Below, one piece after another: positions 37,033 to 45,360 of a DNA stretch of 47,597 bases (the stretch's first letter is position 1; every line of letters starts with the position of its first letter). The notes beneath the pieces were generated by a model that made no database searches, was not told the origin of the DNA, and worked only from the letters and a program-made list of their open reading frames with translations. The stretch is from a virus (taxonomy: Duplodnaviria; Caudoviricetes). The position numbers and the translations under genes are program-made. The DNA lies in IMG/VR virus record IMGVR_UViG_3300010366_000017, positions 1 through 47,597 of that record, one strand, 5' to 3'.

Positions 37033-37370
37033 CACTCCCCTTCCGGCTCCCAGCCGCGCATGTAGGCGTCCGAGAACTCCTGCTCGCTGATGAAGCCGAC
37101 CTCGTCGAGGTCGACGGTGCCAAGCTCGCCGCCCGGGCAGGCGGTCGAGAACCACTCGCCGAACACCCTGCCCTCGCGGCGCTCGTCGTCGTCCTCCTGC
37201 ATCTGACGGCCCCAGATGTGGAGATGGTCGAACGTCGGTGTGATGATCACGACGTCGTCGGCCGGGTGCTGCACGAACGGCACGTCCGAGGTGTCCCAGA
37301 TGTAGAACAGGTACTTGCCGGTCGGGTGCGCCCACCGGTTCGGTTCCGGCATCGGCAGGCTAGTCGCCAT
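37032..37370 (-). CDS. hypothetical protein
   Basis: Biased codons; WFSTACPGGELG motif. Confidence 0.7.
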   Translation of the reverse strand: MATSLPMPEPNRWAHPTGKYLFYIWDTSDVPFVQHPADDVVIITPTFDHLHIWGRQMQEDDDERREGRVFGEWFSTACPGGELGTVDLDEVGFISEQEFSDAYMRGWEPEGE

Positions 37371-37545
37371 AGCGGAACTCCCGGCGCCACGACTCCCGCG
37401 TCCACTCCGGCAGCTTCTCCCACGGTGTGCTTTTGCCGCCGATGATGTGCTTCTTGACCGCGTCGTTGTACATCGTTCGCACCTGCGGCTCGTCGTCTCC
37501 CTCCGGTTCCGGGGGAAGCAGCCAGTCCGGTTTGAACTCGTTCAT
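37360..37545 (-). CDS. hypothetical protein
   Basis: AAGGAG SD; PWEKLPEWTRESWR motif. Confidence 0.7.
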   Translation of the reverse strand: MNEFKPDWLLPPEPEGDDEPQVRTMYNDAVKKHIIGGKSTPWEKLPEWTRESWRREFRYGD

Positions 37546-37570
37546 CCGTGTCTCCTTCTATGGTTTGTGA

Positions 37571-37834
37571 ATGACCCCGCTTGAGGCTGAGGCGCTGCTG
37601 GTTCGCTACCAGGCAGCCGTCACCCAGATCGAACGAACCGACGAGCAGGGCCGCTGGGCGCTGCTCGACGAGGTCGTCTACCCGGGTGACGGGGTGATGC
37701 TCGCATCGCTCCAGGTCGCGGAACAACGCGGCATCTCGAAGCTGGCGTTGGCGATGGTCGCGTCCGCGACGCAGCAGCTAAAGGACGACCGCCACCTGCT
37801 CGCCGCAACTGAGGCAGTGCCAGTCGCGGCCTAG
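37571..37834 (+). CDS. counter-oriented hypothetical protein (87 aa)
   Basis: Protein-like helical sequence with GC3 bias; no SD. Confidence 0.5.
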   Translation: MTPLEAEALLVRYQAAVTQIERTDEQGRWALLDEVVYPGDGVMLASLQVAEQRGISKLALAMVASATQQLKDDRHLLAATEAVPVAA

Positions 37835-37891
37835 GAAGACGGCCGAGGCGGGATCGCCTTTGCAGTAGATCCTCACCTCCTTACCATAGTA

Positions 37892-37921
37892 AGTATAACA
37901 CATAGGGGGGGTAAAAGTCAC
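37892..37921 (-). promoter_or_regulatory. sigma-A-type promoter
   Basis: GTGACT-18-TATACT with TGn extension in an AT-rich patch. Confidence 0.65.
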
Positions 37922-38118
37922 GTTTTTGCAGGGACATCGTCCGCCCGGGCAGTCGCTGCATGGCCGAACAGGTGCCAGGGCGCCGGGCACTGCGGCAGGT
38001 GCCAGCACGCCTCGACGCCGTTCTCTTTGTGCTCCTGGAAACCTTGCTTCACCAACACGCGTTGACCGCAGGTCGCACACCACCTAATCGTCCTCTTCGA
38101 GGATGACTTGGTTGTCAC
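37918..38118 (-). CDS. small Zn-binding protein
   Basis: CATCG...C.H...C; start uncertain. Confidence 0.45.
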   Translation of the reverse strand: MTTKSSSKRTIRWCATCGQRVLVKQGFQEHKENGVEACWHLPQCPAPWHLFGHAATARADDVPAKT

Positions 38119-38197
38119 GGAACGCGAGCGTCAACCCGGCGACGATCACGACGGTCGCGCAGATGATCAGCGTGAACACGACCCACTGCCACGTCAC
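38084..38197 (-). CDS. 37-aa single-TM peptide (MTWQWVVFTLIICATVVIVAGLTLAF...)
   Basis: GTGA coupling; hydrophobic helix with acidic tail. Confidence 0.6.
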   Translation of the reverse strand: MTWQWVVFTLIICATVVIVAGLTLAFRDNQVILEEDD

Positions 38198-38466
38198 AGC
38201 GGCTTGCCGTCGGGGCCGTAGATCAACGGCTTCGGCTTCGGCTCCGGCGTGAAGTTGTACGGCGCCATCGACGAGGCGGCGTAGAAGTGAACCGCGTCAT
38301 TCGGGTCGATCTGCAGCACGGCGCCGGGCGCGATGCGAAAATCTTCCGGGGGCCGGGAACGTCCCGCATCCGGAGCGGCTTGCTCGGCCCCCTCATCCTC
38401 GAACCACTCCGGGAACAGTTCCCGCTCCAGCCGGTTGATGTCGTCGTAGTCGGGCCTCGGACTCAT
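38194..38466 (-). CDS. hypothetical protein
   Basis: ATGA coupling; ends IYGPDGKPL. Confidence 0.65.
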   Translation of the reverse strand: MSPRPDYDDINRLERELFPEWFEDEGAEQAAPDAGRSRPPEDFRIAPGAVLQIDPNDAVHFYAASSMAPYNFTPEPKPKPLIYGPDGKPL

Positions 38467-38621
38467 GCCGCCTGCTTAAAGCGACGATTCCAACGGGCAC
38501 GGCGAAGCTCGCACGACAGCTGCCGCAGGCAGACCCAGTCGTTCTCGTAACGCACAAACCAGCGTGTGCCCTTGCGGCCGCAGATGAAGCACTGGCGCGG
38601 GAACGACTTAGGCCGCGGCAC
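38463..38621 (-). CDS. 52-aa Zn-binding protein (CFICG...C....C)
   Basis: Fills the gap with coupled ends. Confidence 0.5.
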   Translation of the reverse strand: MPRPKSFPRQCFICGRKGTRWFVRYENDWVCLRQLSCELRRARWNRRFKQAA

Positions 38622-38916
38622 GCTCGCGCCTCCGTGCCCGCGCCTCCCGGTGCGCCTCCCGGCACTCCAGGCAGCGGCAGCCTTTGCAGTAGCGGCTGTC
38701 GGTGCCGTGCTGGTTCGGCGTCACCGTCGCTGCGTAGAAGCAGACGCGGCACGTCTCCGCCTGGCGGGCCTTCTCGCGGCCACAGGCGCAGCGGTCGTAG
38801 TTGTAGCGCCGGTCGCGCATGTAGGAGGTCATCGCGGCCCTGCAGGCGTCGCAGCGGCAGCCGAGGTTGTTGTAGCCGTTCGGGGTTCCGTGCCTTTTGT
38901 CGCCTGGTTCAAGCAT
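38608..38916 (-). CDS. Cys-rich protein with two HGT-x-Y-x-GCRCxxCR repeats
   Basis: HGTPNGYNNLGCRCDACR and HGTDSRYCKGCRCLECR; motif common in actinophages. Confidence 0.75.
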   Translation of the reverse strand: MLEPGDKRHGTPNGYNNLGCRCDACRAAMTSYMRDRRYNYDRCACGREKARQAETCRVCFYAATVTPNQHGTDSRYCKGCRCLECREAHREARARRRERAAA

Positions 38917-39631
38917 CGCCGAGTAGCTCCCTTGAGTGTTGAACGAACAGTCCCAGCACGGTAGCCAACACGAAGAACCGGACGTTGCGTTCGGGGCCGT
39001 AGCCCAACCCTGCCCGGTCCATCTCCAGCCTCGCCTCTTCCAAGAGCGTGTCGAGCGTTTCCGCGCCGTTCTCGCGTTTGTCGGCCGGAACGGTGATCGT
39101 CCAGCTGCGGCGCAGCCGCGGCTTCTCCTTTTTGTCGGTTCTGTCGGGTCGCTTGTGAGGCAGCGGCTGCCTGCAGGTCGGGCACTCGTTCTCCAGCAGC
39201 GGCTCCGTTTTTTCCCCGGCCATTTCGAACGCCGGGTTGAAGACGACGTCGAGTGCCGCCTCAGCGCCGATCTGGCCGACCACGTCCAGGACGTTCTCCA
39301 TCTCGACCTCGATGTGCGGCGGCTGGAACGCCAACGGCAAGAACTCGTGGCCGTCCTGCTCCCAGTAGAACGCCCCGCCGAACCAGGCGATCCTGGCTTC
39401 GTTCTCGGTGATCAGCCGGTGATGCTCCCGGCACAAGGTGACGATGTTGCCGACCGCCGACCCGTCGGGGAGGATCAGCCAGTTGCGGTTCCCGACCTCG
39501 CTGCGGCGCCAGATGTGGTGCCGGTCGACGTTCTGGTTGAAGCAGCCGCCCTTCGAGCAGATCCGGGGCAGCTGGTAGTCGGGGCCGTCGAAGCCATGCA
39601 CGTTCCGGTCCTCAATCGGCAGCTTCGTCAT
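38909..39631 (-). CDS. HNH-fold nuclease with Zn ribbon
   Basis: C....C...DRHHIWRRS...NIVTLCREHH; CPTC. Confidence 0.7.
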   Translation of the reverse strand: MTKLPIEDRNVHGFDGPDYQLPRICSKGGCFNQNVDRHHIWRRSEVGNRNWLILPDGSAVGNIVTLCREHHRLITENEARIAWFGGAFYWEQDGHEFLPLAFQPPHIEVEMENVLDVVGQIGAEAALDVVFNPAFEMAGEKTEPLLENECPTCRQPLPHKRPDRTDKKEKPRLRRSWTITVPADKRENGAETLDTLLEEARLEMDRAGLGYGPERNVRFFVLATVLGLFVQHSRELLGDA

Positions 39632-39680
39632 CTCTGAGCCACCCCTTCCCTTCGTAAGAAGACGACGACCAGGAACGTGC

Positions 39681-39827
39681 TCACGGCCCGATCCAGTCTG
39701 CGAACTGGAACCAGAAGCTGAGGCGGCGGCGCAGGATCGGCGCGCAGCGCGTCACCCGGCCACCCTCAACGACGAACCCGGCACAGAAGCGGTGGTTACA
39801 GACGCGGTAGAGGCCGTCAGGGGCCAT
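39681..39827 (-). CDS. 48-aa hypothetical protein (MAPDGLYRV...FCAGFVVEGGRVTRCAPILR...)
   Basis: GGAGG SD. Confidence 0.6.
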   Translation of the reverse strand: MAPDGLYRVCNHRFCAGFVVEGGRVTRCAPILRRRLSFWFQFADWIGP

Positions 39828-39848
39828 CCGTGCCCTCCCAGGCGAGCG

Positions 39849-39971
39849 TCACGGTTCGACTCCGTAACCGCAGCGTTTGCAGAACGTCAGCCGCGCACCC
39901 GGCATCGGAGGTCGCGGCCGGTGTCCGAACAGGCGACAAATCAGCCGCCGCCATGAGAACGGCTCACGCAA
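39849..39971 (-). CDS. 40-aa Zn-binding protein (LICRLFGH...CKRCG)
   Basis: DUF1660-like phage motif; start uncertain. Confidence 0.55.
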   Translation of the reverse strand: MREPFSWRRLICRLFGHRPRPPMPGARLTFCKRCGYGVEP

Positions 39972-39992
39972 TGTAACCGGCCTTATCGTGCG

Positions 39993-40799
39993 TCATGGGC
40001 CATCAGTCCCTTGCCAAGCGAAGCACTTGGGGACGAACGAGCAGTATTTGCACAGCCAATCGTGATGGATGCCGCTGGGAGGCCACGGCTCGTCGGCCCC
40101 CCAGCGTGCGTAGTAGTCGTTCAGCGTCGCGACGGCCCGGTTCAGGATCAGCACCGTCTGGTCCGGGTCCGCGACCGGCGACAGCAGGCCAGGCTCAGAC
40201 GCCGACGTGTAGATCTTCGGCGTCGCCTGCCTCGTCACTATCTGGTGCTCCACCGGTTTCCTCAGGCTCAGCTGATACATCCTCGCCTGGAGCCTCCACC
40301 TCGGTTTCGGTGTCGTCACCTTCGCCGGTGTCGTCTTCGTCTCCAGGATCCGTGACCTCGTCTCGCAGTCCACGACTCCAGTCACGGGCACTGGAATGCC
40401 GCTGACGCGTTCCTCGAACCAGGTTTCGGTTGCCAGCGGCTGAATAGCCGGTGCTTCCGAGTCCAGATACGAGGTCAGCATCAGGCTCGACGCCTGGAAC
40501 AGCTGCTGCGGTGGTTCCTTCCATTCCGGTTCACCCTCCCGTTCGATCGTGTCATCCCAGGCGCCCATCAGCCGTTCCAGGGCGGCCCGCTCCGGTAGAT
40601 CATTCCCGTTCGCGAGCTTCCAGCGCCAGTTGTCCGCGATTGCGCCGTGGAAGGCTGAGCCGACGAGCTTCTGGATGTTCAGCCGCTCCGGCTCGTGCTT
40701 CAAGTAGCGGAGCCGGTACTGCTCCGGACAGGTGATCGCGACGGAGAGCTGGGTGGCGGAGAGGTGGTCGGTCGGGAGGTGGAAGCCGGACAGCCTCAT
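39993..40799 (-). CDS. PD-(D/E)XK RecB/Cas4-like exonuclease
   Basis: HLSATQL..CP, GSAFH, GVVD, ETKT, QARMY, CKYCSFVPKC Fe-S-type Cys set. Confidence 0.85.
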   Translation of the reverse strand: MRLSGFHLPTDHLSATQLSVAITCPEQYRLRYLKHEPERLNIQKLVGSAFHGAIADNWRWKLANGNDLPERAALERLMGAWDDTIEREGEPEWKEPPQQLFQASSLMLTSYLDSEAPAIQPLATETWFEERVSGIPVPVTGVVDCETRSRILETKTTPAKVTTPKPRWRLQARMYQLSLRKPVEHQIVTRQATPKIYTSASEPGLLSPVADPDQTVLILNRAVATLNDYYARWGADEPWPPSGIHHDWLCKYCSFVPKCFAWQGTDGP

Positions 40800-40987
40800 G
40801 GCTGCGGCCTCCAACTCTCGATCAGGAGCCGAGACGACGCCTCCCAGAAACGGATCATCTGCCTGATCGCCTCGCTGCGGCTGACCTTGTAGACCTCCAT
40901 GTACGCCTCGACCGTCGCTGCCTCATCGACGCTGAGATTGACGACGATGCCGTTCCTCTTGTTCCTCAGCTGCGGCTTCGGCCTCAT
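40796..40987 (-). CDS. ribbon-helix-helix DNA-binding protein
   Basis: IVVNLS...VSRSEAIRQMI (CopG/Arc-like). Confidence 0.7.
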   Translation of the reverse strand: MRPKPQLRNKRNGIVVNLSVDEAATVEAYMEVYKVSRSEAIRQMIRFWEASSRLLIESWRPQP

Positions 40988-41310
40988 ACTCGCCGCCAGA
41001 CCCGGTTGTTGTTGCCGTGCCGGACGACCCGCTCGCTTTTCGCGTAGCGGCCGGTCCAGAGCACAAGACCCCGCCTCGACCAGGCCGAGAACAGCGCCCC
41101 GACGACGTTGTTGCGGTTCGGGCCGATGTCGGGCAGCCCGATCGCCGCGACCAGATCGTCGGCGGTGAAGTCACGGAAGCGGCTGACGGTCGTCAGCCAG
41201 TCGGCGGCTTTCAGCTTCCACGCCTGCACCCTGAGCGCCCGCATCGCCTTGCTCATGCCTTCCTGGCCCTGCCGGTCGCCCTCGTCGGGGTCGAACATCA
41301 ACTGGGTCAT
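40984..41310 (-). CDS. hypothetical protein, possibly winged helix
   Basis: FTADDL...VGALF...RRGLV...VWR. Confidence 0.7.
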   Translation of the reverse strand: MTQLMFDPDEGDRQGQEGMSKAMRALRVQAWKLKAADWLTTVSRFRDFTADDLVAAIGLPDIGPNRNNVVGALFSAWSRRGLVLWTGRYAKSERVVRHGNNNRVWRRV

Positions 41311-41930
41311 TAGAAAGGAATGTCCGAGTCCTCGGGTGGCGGTAGCTGCGAGCCGGGGTCGCCTGTGTACTGGTTGTCCGGCTCGTCGCGGTACTGCCGG
41401 TAGGCGGCGGCGTTTTGGTGGTTTTCACGGGGAATCGGGTCGGGTGTCACCGGCCGGTTCTGGAACGGCTTCACGCCTGACTGGTAGAAGCGCAGAAGCT
41501 CTTCGACGTTGAACCAAAACTCCTGCTGGGTCTTGCTGATCTGGGCGGCGACCTTGGTCGCGGTCTGCCGGTGGATCGACAGGTTCTTGCGCTCTTCCGC
41601 CGCCGTCGGCTCGCTGAGGGCCTCCTGCGCCGTCTGCGGCTGCGCCTGCTGTGCCTGCACGGCCGGGTTCGGCTGCTGCATCGTCGTCTGCCCGGCCGAA
41701 CTGACGAAGTCGAGGTAGTGGTTCAGGTAGCCGTTCCGTTCCTCGTCGCGGGTGATCGCGTCGACCTGCGTGTTCTCCATCATCTGGGCGATGTTGAAGA
41801 CGTCCTTGCGGGCGACGAACGGCCCCTGCCCGTCGATCCAGACCTCATAGAGTGGGAAGGAGCCGGAGCCATCTCTCCGCTCGATCATGCGAGGGGCGGC
41901 CTTCGTGATGGTGCCGCGAATGTTTGGCAT
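41310..41930 (-). CDS. SSB-like / recombination protein
   Basis: OB-like N-terminus, Q/P linker, acidic tip EDSDIPF; TATCCT 7 nt upstream of ATG suggests leaderless. Confidence 0.6.
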   Translation of the reverse strand: MPNIRGTITKAAPRMIERRDGSGSFPLYEVWIDGQGPFVARKDVFNIAQMMENTQVDAITRDEERNGYLNHYLDFVSSAGQTTMQQPNPAVQAQQAQPQTAQEALSEPTAAEERKNLSIHRQTATKVAAQISKTQQEFWFNVEELLRFYQSGVKPFQNRPVTPDPIPRENHQNAAAYRQYRDEPDNQYTGDPGSQLPPPEDSDIPF

Positions 41931-41987
41931 GATCGGCAGGATACGACAAGCCTCGGACGTTGCAAGCCTAGGAGGTGCAGGAACAAG

Positions 41988-42305
41988 TTGACAGTTCTGC
42001 GCTCTAAGCGAAAGAATCGGAGCAGGAAGGAGAAGGCGTTCGCGCTGGCGCGCAAGCAGAAGCTCGCGAGCGGGGGCAGGGACGAGTGCCCGACGCCTTG
42101 GAAAGAGCCGTACGTCTCCCGCAAGGTGGCGCGTACACGGCTGCAGTCAAGCCCGCGCCAGCACGGCGAGCGGCTGAGCGTCTACCGCTGCTTGTGCGGA
42201 CGCTTCCACGTCGGCAAGCTGCTGACAGAAAGCAGGGAGCATGACCGGCTGATCGCCGACCGGAAGATGGCACAAAAAAAGGGGCCGTCCGAAGACGGCC
42301 CCTAG
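41988..42305 (+). CDS. counter-oriented basic Zn-binding protein
   Basis: CPTPWK..Y.SR..A...VYRCLCGRFHVG; AGGAGG upstream of TTG. Confidence 0.65.
   Translation: MTVLRSKRKNRSRKEKAFALARKQKLASGGRDECPTPWKEPYVSRKVARTRLQSSPRQHGERLSVYRCLCGRFHVGKLLTESREHDRLIADRKMAQKKGPSEDGP
42272..42303 (-). terminator. intrinsic terminator
   Basis: AGGGGCCGTC/GACGGCCCCT, UUCG loop and U-tract on minus. Confidence 0.85.
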
Positions 42306-42343
42306 CTCATGCCGGTGTTTCGCTGTTCACCGACCCCTATCGG

Positions 42344-42553
42344 TCAGTCTGCTCTTGTCTGCCTCCTTTCGCGCCGCCTGACTCGTCGTGCCTCGCGGCG
42401 TTCGGCCTCGCTGATCAGGAGTTCCAGTGCTGACTTCTCTTCCAGGTCGAAGTAGACCGGGCCGATCCCCTGCCTCGCCTCTGCTCGCCGCTCAAGGAAG
42501 CGGAGGCGGCGCCTCAGTATCCGTAGCGCCTGCGGCACTGTCTTCGGCTTCAT
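42344..42553 (-). CDS. small Arg-rich protein
   Basis: GGAGG SD. Confidence 0.6.
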   Translation of the reverse strand: MKPKTVPQALRILRRRLRFLERRAEARQGIGPVYFDLEEKSALELLISEAERREARRVRRRERRQTRAD

Positions 42554-42809
42554 CCGCCTGCTCACCTCCCCCGAACGCGAGTAGGGCTGCGTGGATCGCT
42601 TCGATGTACTCGCTCAGCTGCTCGCGAGTAGCTCCCTGCTCGTAGGCCCGCAGTGCGGACTCACACAAGGTGATCGCACGCAGGATCGTGCTCATACCTT
42701 CTACCTGACGGTCGATGTCGTTCCCCCCTTCGGGTCGTTCTGCTCCCAGCACAGTGCAGGGCCAGGCCCCGCCCTGTGCCCAGTAATGGCCGCAGTAGGA
42801 CATTGTCAC
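42492..42809 (-). CDS. hypothetical protein (start uncertain)
   Basis: GTGA coupling; alternative ATG near 42695. Confidence 0.45.
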   Translation of the reverse strand: MTMSYCGHYWAQGGAWPCTVLGAERPEGGNDIDRQVEGMSTILRAITLCESALRAYEQGATREQLSEYIEAIHAALLAFGGGEQADEAEDSAAGATDTEAPPPLP

Positions 42810-43312
42810 TTTCGGGGAGGTAGTAGGTCAAGCGGCGGCATCTTCCCTCGGTCGCGATAGAGCCGTTCCTCTTCCAGGATCGACTCGGTCACGTCCGGCG
42901 GCGCCTGCTGCCCGCAGTGCTTGCAGACAACCGGCGTTTTCAGGAAGTCGCCGCCGTACTCGCTGTAGTCGCGCCACTTGTGATCGCACTCGTCCGGCTC
43001 CCTGGGCGGCCATGTCTCGTACGGGTTGTCGATCAGCGGCCTCAGGTCGATGCCGGTGATCTGCCAGGCAGCGGTGAGGATCTCCCAGCAGGAGTCCTCG
43101 CCGATGATCGAGAAGTCGGACGCCCTCGCGGGGTCGACGATCAGCAGCCCTTCGCTGTTCTCGACCAGCGGTGCCCCGTCAGCCTCGCAGTCATCGGCGA
43201 CAGCACCGACGGCGCCGCCGCTTTTGCCGTCCCAGCTGAACGTGACCGAGACGTGAACGGTCGCCTCGTTACTGACGCCGTTCAGCGCCTGCCGTAGCTC
43301 ACCAACGGTCAT
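42806..43312 (-). CDS. hypothetical protein with CxHxW...CxxCG module
   Basis: AAAGGAG SD; MTVGELRQAL N-terminus. Confidence 0.75.
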   Translation of the reverse strand: MTVGELRQALNGVSNEATVHVSVTFSWDGKSGGAVGAVADDCEADGAPLVENSEGLLIVDPARASDFSIIGEDSCWEILTAAWQITGIDLRPLIDNPYETWPPREPDECDHKWRDYSEYGGDFLKTPVVCKHCGQQAPPDVTESILEEERLYRDRGKMPPLDLLPPRK

Positions 43313-43390
43313 GGTGCGCTCCTTTCTCTCCGAGGGGCGGCTCCCCGAGGCCGCCCCTCTCTGTTGTCGTTGTAGCTGTTGCCGCCGCGC

Positions 43391-44227
43391 CTAGCGCGAC
43401 GCAGCCTTGGTGGTCTTGCGGGCAGGCTTCCGCTTCGTCAGCGCCACGGAAGCCTTCATCTGGTCGAGGATGTCCACGACCGGGTTGTTGTCTGCGTCAC
43501 GCAGCTGCGAGTGCGGCAAAAGCACCTGCTGCTCGATCTGCTGCTGGCGCCACTGCCGTGCTTCGGTCGTGATTTCGGCCGGGTCGATCACCGACGTGAA
43601 CGTCTCGATGTAGCGGGCGGCGGTCCGCTTCTCGGTCGCCTTCGGGATCACGAGGCCGTCCGGGGCCATGCCGAACGTGCCCGGGTCGATCATGTCCTCG
43701 TCGTGGTGGAGGTAGTGCATGACGAGGCCCTGGATCCAGGGCTGAACGACGACAGGGTGTTCCTTGCCGTGCCACAAGGCGGCATGGCCGAAGCCCACCA
43801 CCTCCGCTTCCATCAGCGATGTCAGAAGCAGCGAATACTGCTTTTCGTACCCCTCCTTCGGCTTGAGCCAGTAGCTCTTCTTGACGCGGAGCGGCGACAG
43901 GTCGTCGGTGACGAACTTGTAGACCTCGATCTGGTCCGATGACCGCGTCGGCTTCGGGGCTTCCGTTTCGTCAAACGTGACCGGAACGAAAACGCCCTTC
44001 GACTGCTCGACCCCGGGCACCATCTCGTCCGGGGTGAGGTTGACGACACCACACTTCATGCAGACCGGGATCCGGTTGACGGGTGTGTTGCAGTCCTTGT
44101 GCAGGTTGACGGTCTTCCCGTTCTGGGTCGTCTGGCCCTTGACGGCGCCGTAGACGTCGACCGGGATGACGACCATGCCGGGCGCGACGATCTTCGCGCC
44201 ACGGATGGCCCTCGGTGCAGTGCTCAT
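43391..44227 (-). CDS. ku: Ku-like DNA end-binding protein
   Basis: GMVVIPVDVYGA, LHKDC..PV, IEVYKFV, SYWLKP, YSLL..SL, GLVMHYL, VVDILDQMKASV, basic tail; ATG 44227 with GAGGAG SD. Confidence 0.88.
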   Translation of the reverse strand: MSTAPRAIRGAKIVAPGMVVIPVDVYGAVKGQTTQNGKTVNLHKDCNTPVNRIPVCMKCGVVNLTPDEMVPGVEQSKGVFVPVTFDETEAPKPTRSSDQIEVYKFVTDDLSPLRVKKSYWLKPKEGYEKQYSLLLTSLMEAEVVGFGHAALWHGKEHPVVVQPWIQGLVMHYLHHDEDMIDPGTFGMAPDGLVIPKATEKRTAARYIETFTSVIDPAEITTEARQWRQQQIEQQVLLPHSQLRDADNNPVVDILDQMKASVALTKRKPARKTTKAASR

Positions 44228-44251
44228 GATTCTCCTCTCCGCAGCAGAGAC

Positions 44252-44282
44252 AAAAAGGGGGTGGTGGCCGAAGCCACCACCC
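44252..44282 (-). terminator. intrinsic terminator immediately upstream of the ku RBS
   Basis: GGGTGGTGGC/GCCACCACCC, UUCG loop, U5. Confidence 0.75.
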
Positions 44283-44294
44283 TGCTCTACCGCT

Positions 44295-44570
44295 CTATTC
44301 GGTTGTACTGCCGGGCTTCTCGCCGAAGACGACTTCGGGTGCGACAACCCGGATGTCCCAGCAGGGGCAGGGCGGCGTTCCTGAGCAGACGCGGCCCTTC
44401 CCGCAGACGGACGTGCTGACACGGTCACGCCGCCGCTCGCGCTCCCCGGGGAGGTCGAGCGGGACGTGCTTTCGTTGCGACCGCAGGATCAGCTGCGGCA
44501 GGTTGAGCGGCTCCGGTTCCGGCACGTCGGCCGGTTCCGTGAACCGGAACTGGAACCAGGGAGCGGCCAT
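44295..44570 (-). CDS. hypothetical protein
   Basis: TGATG coupling; C-terminal half doubtful. Confidence 0.4.
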   Translation of the reverse strand: MAAPWFQFRFTEPADVPEPEPLNLPQLILRSQRKHVPLDLPGERERRRDRVSTSVCGKGRVCSGTPPCPCWDIRVVAPEVVFGEKPGSTTE

Positions 44571-44815
44571 CAGCCCTCGCCTCCGTGAACGCGATTGCCT
44601 GCGCCGTCCGGGTGTCTCAGTTCTGCTCGTTCCTTGAGCCGAACCTCGTACGGAACGAACTTGGGGTGTTCGATCCCCGGCAGCTTCTCGTAGACGAGCC
44701 AGTGGCCGCTGAGCCAGAACGCCTGCCGCTCGTCCTCGATCACTCTGACCTTGGACGCCTCCGGATGAGCGCAGTCCAGCTCGACTGCGATCCAGTAGAT
44801 CCCTTCGATCAACAT
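44570..44815 (-). CDS. hypothetical protein
   Basis: TGATG coupling on both sides. Confidence 0.65.
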   Translation of the reverse strand: MLIEGIYWIAVELDCAHPEASKVRVIEDERQAFWLSGHWLVYEKLPGIEHPKFVPYEVRLKERAELRHPDGAGNRVHGGEG

Positions 44816-45102
44816 CAGGACCGGACCCGGTCTGGGTCCGGGGTGAAGTCGAGCGTGACCGCGAACTTGCCGCGGTCGGGGATCGCGAAGCGGTAGGTGC
44901 CGTTCGCTTCCTCGGCCAGCTTCGAGTGCTGGTTCGCGACGACGAGCAGCGCCGATTCGACGGGGTTGAAGCCGCCGTAGGGTGAGAGTTCGATTTCGTC
45001 TACGACCACCTCGTAGGTGATCGGGAAACGAACGACCTCGCTGTCGCCGAACGGGATTTCTTCCTCCGCGATCGGCGTGACCTTCTTACTGTGCTGAGCC
45101 AT
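44815..45102 (-). CDS. hypothetical protein
   Basis: AAAGGAG SD; first gene behind the consensus promoter. Confidence 0.75.
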   Translation of the reverse strand: MAQHSKKVTPIAEEEIPFGDSEVVRFPITYEVVVDEIELSPYGGFNPVESALLVVANQHSKLAEEANGTYRFAIPDRGKFAVTLDFTPDPDRVRS

Positions 45103-45156
45103 GTCGGCTCCTTTCCGCCTGCCTGCTCAGGAAGGCAGGCTTTGACGGGAACGGCA

Positions 45157-45174
45157 TCCGTTTGATCAAACGGA
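45157..45174. promoter_or_regulatory. palindromic operator copy 2
   Basis: TCCGTTTGATCAAACGGA, perfect 18-bp palindrome. Confidence 0.8.
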
Positions 45175-45217
45175 GCCTCTGGCGGAGGCAGGGACGACTC
45201 TCCTAACCTCCAACTAC

Positions 45218-45247
45218 ATTATATCCTTTGAAAGGAATAAAAGTCAA
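45218..45247 (-). promoter_or_regulatory. strong sigma-A-type promoter
   Basis: TTGACT-18-TATAAT. Confidence 0.85.
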
Positions 45248-45317
45248 GAGTTCCTGCGCATAGCACACGCGGGTACTTCGACTCCGAGAAGTGTGTGATC
45301 AGCCTGCAAAAGAGCAC

Positions 45318-45345
45318 AAAAAAAAGGGCCTCCCGAAGGAGGCCC
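45318..45345 (-). terminator. intrinsic terminator
   Basis: GGGCCTCC/GGAGGCCC, UUCG loop, U8. Confidence 0.85.
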
Positions 45346-45360
45346 CTGGTGTGGCGCCGA

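Noticed and set aside
39993-40799. Cas4 / CRISPR system
   Set aside because: No repeat-spacer array or other cas genes; solo RecB/Cas4-like nucleases are common in phages
43355-44251. 5'/3' UTR pairing around ku like that of the 46017 gene
   Set aside because: Only about 6-8 complementary bases (TCTCTG/CAGAGA), within chance
34029-44423. GTGCTGACAC 10-mer seen three times (about 34029 reversed, 35031, 44413)
   Set aside because: Short, inconsistent orientation and context; cannot be separated from chance by eye
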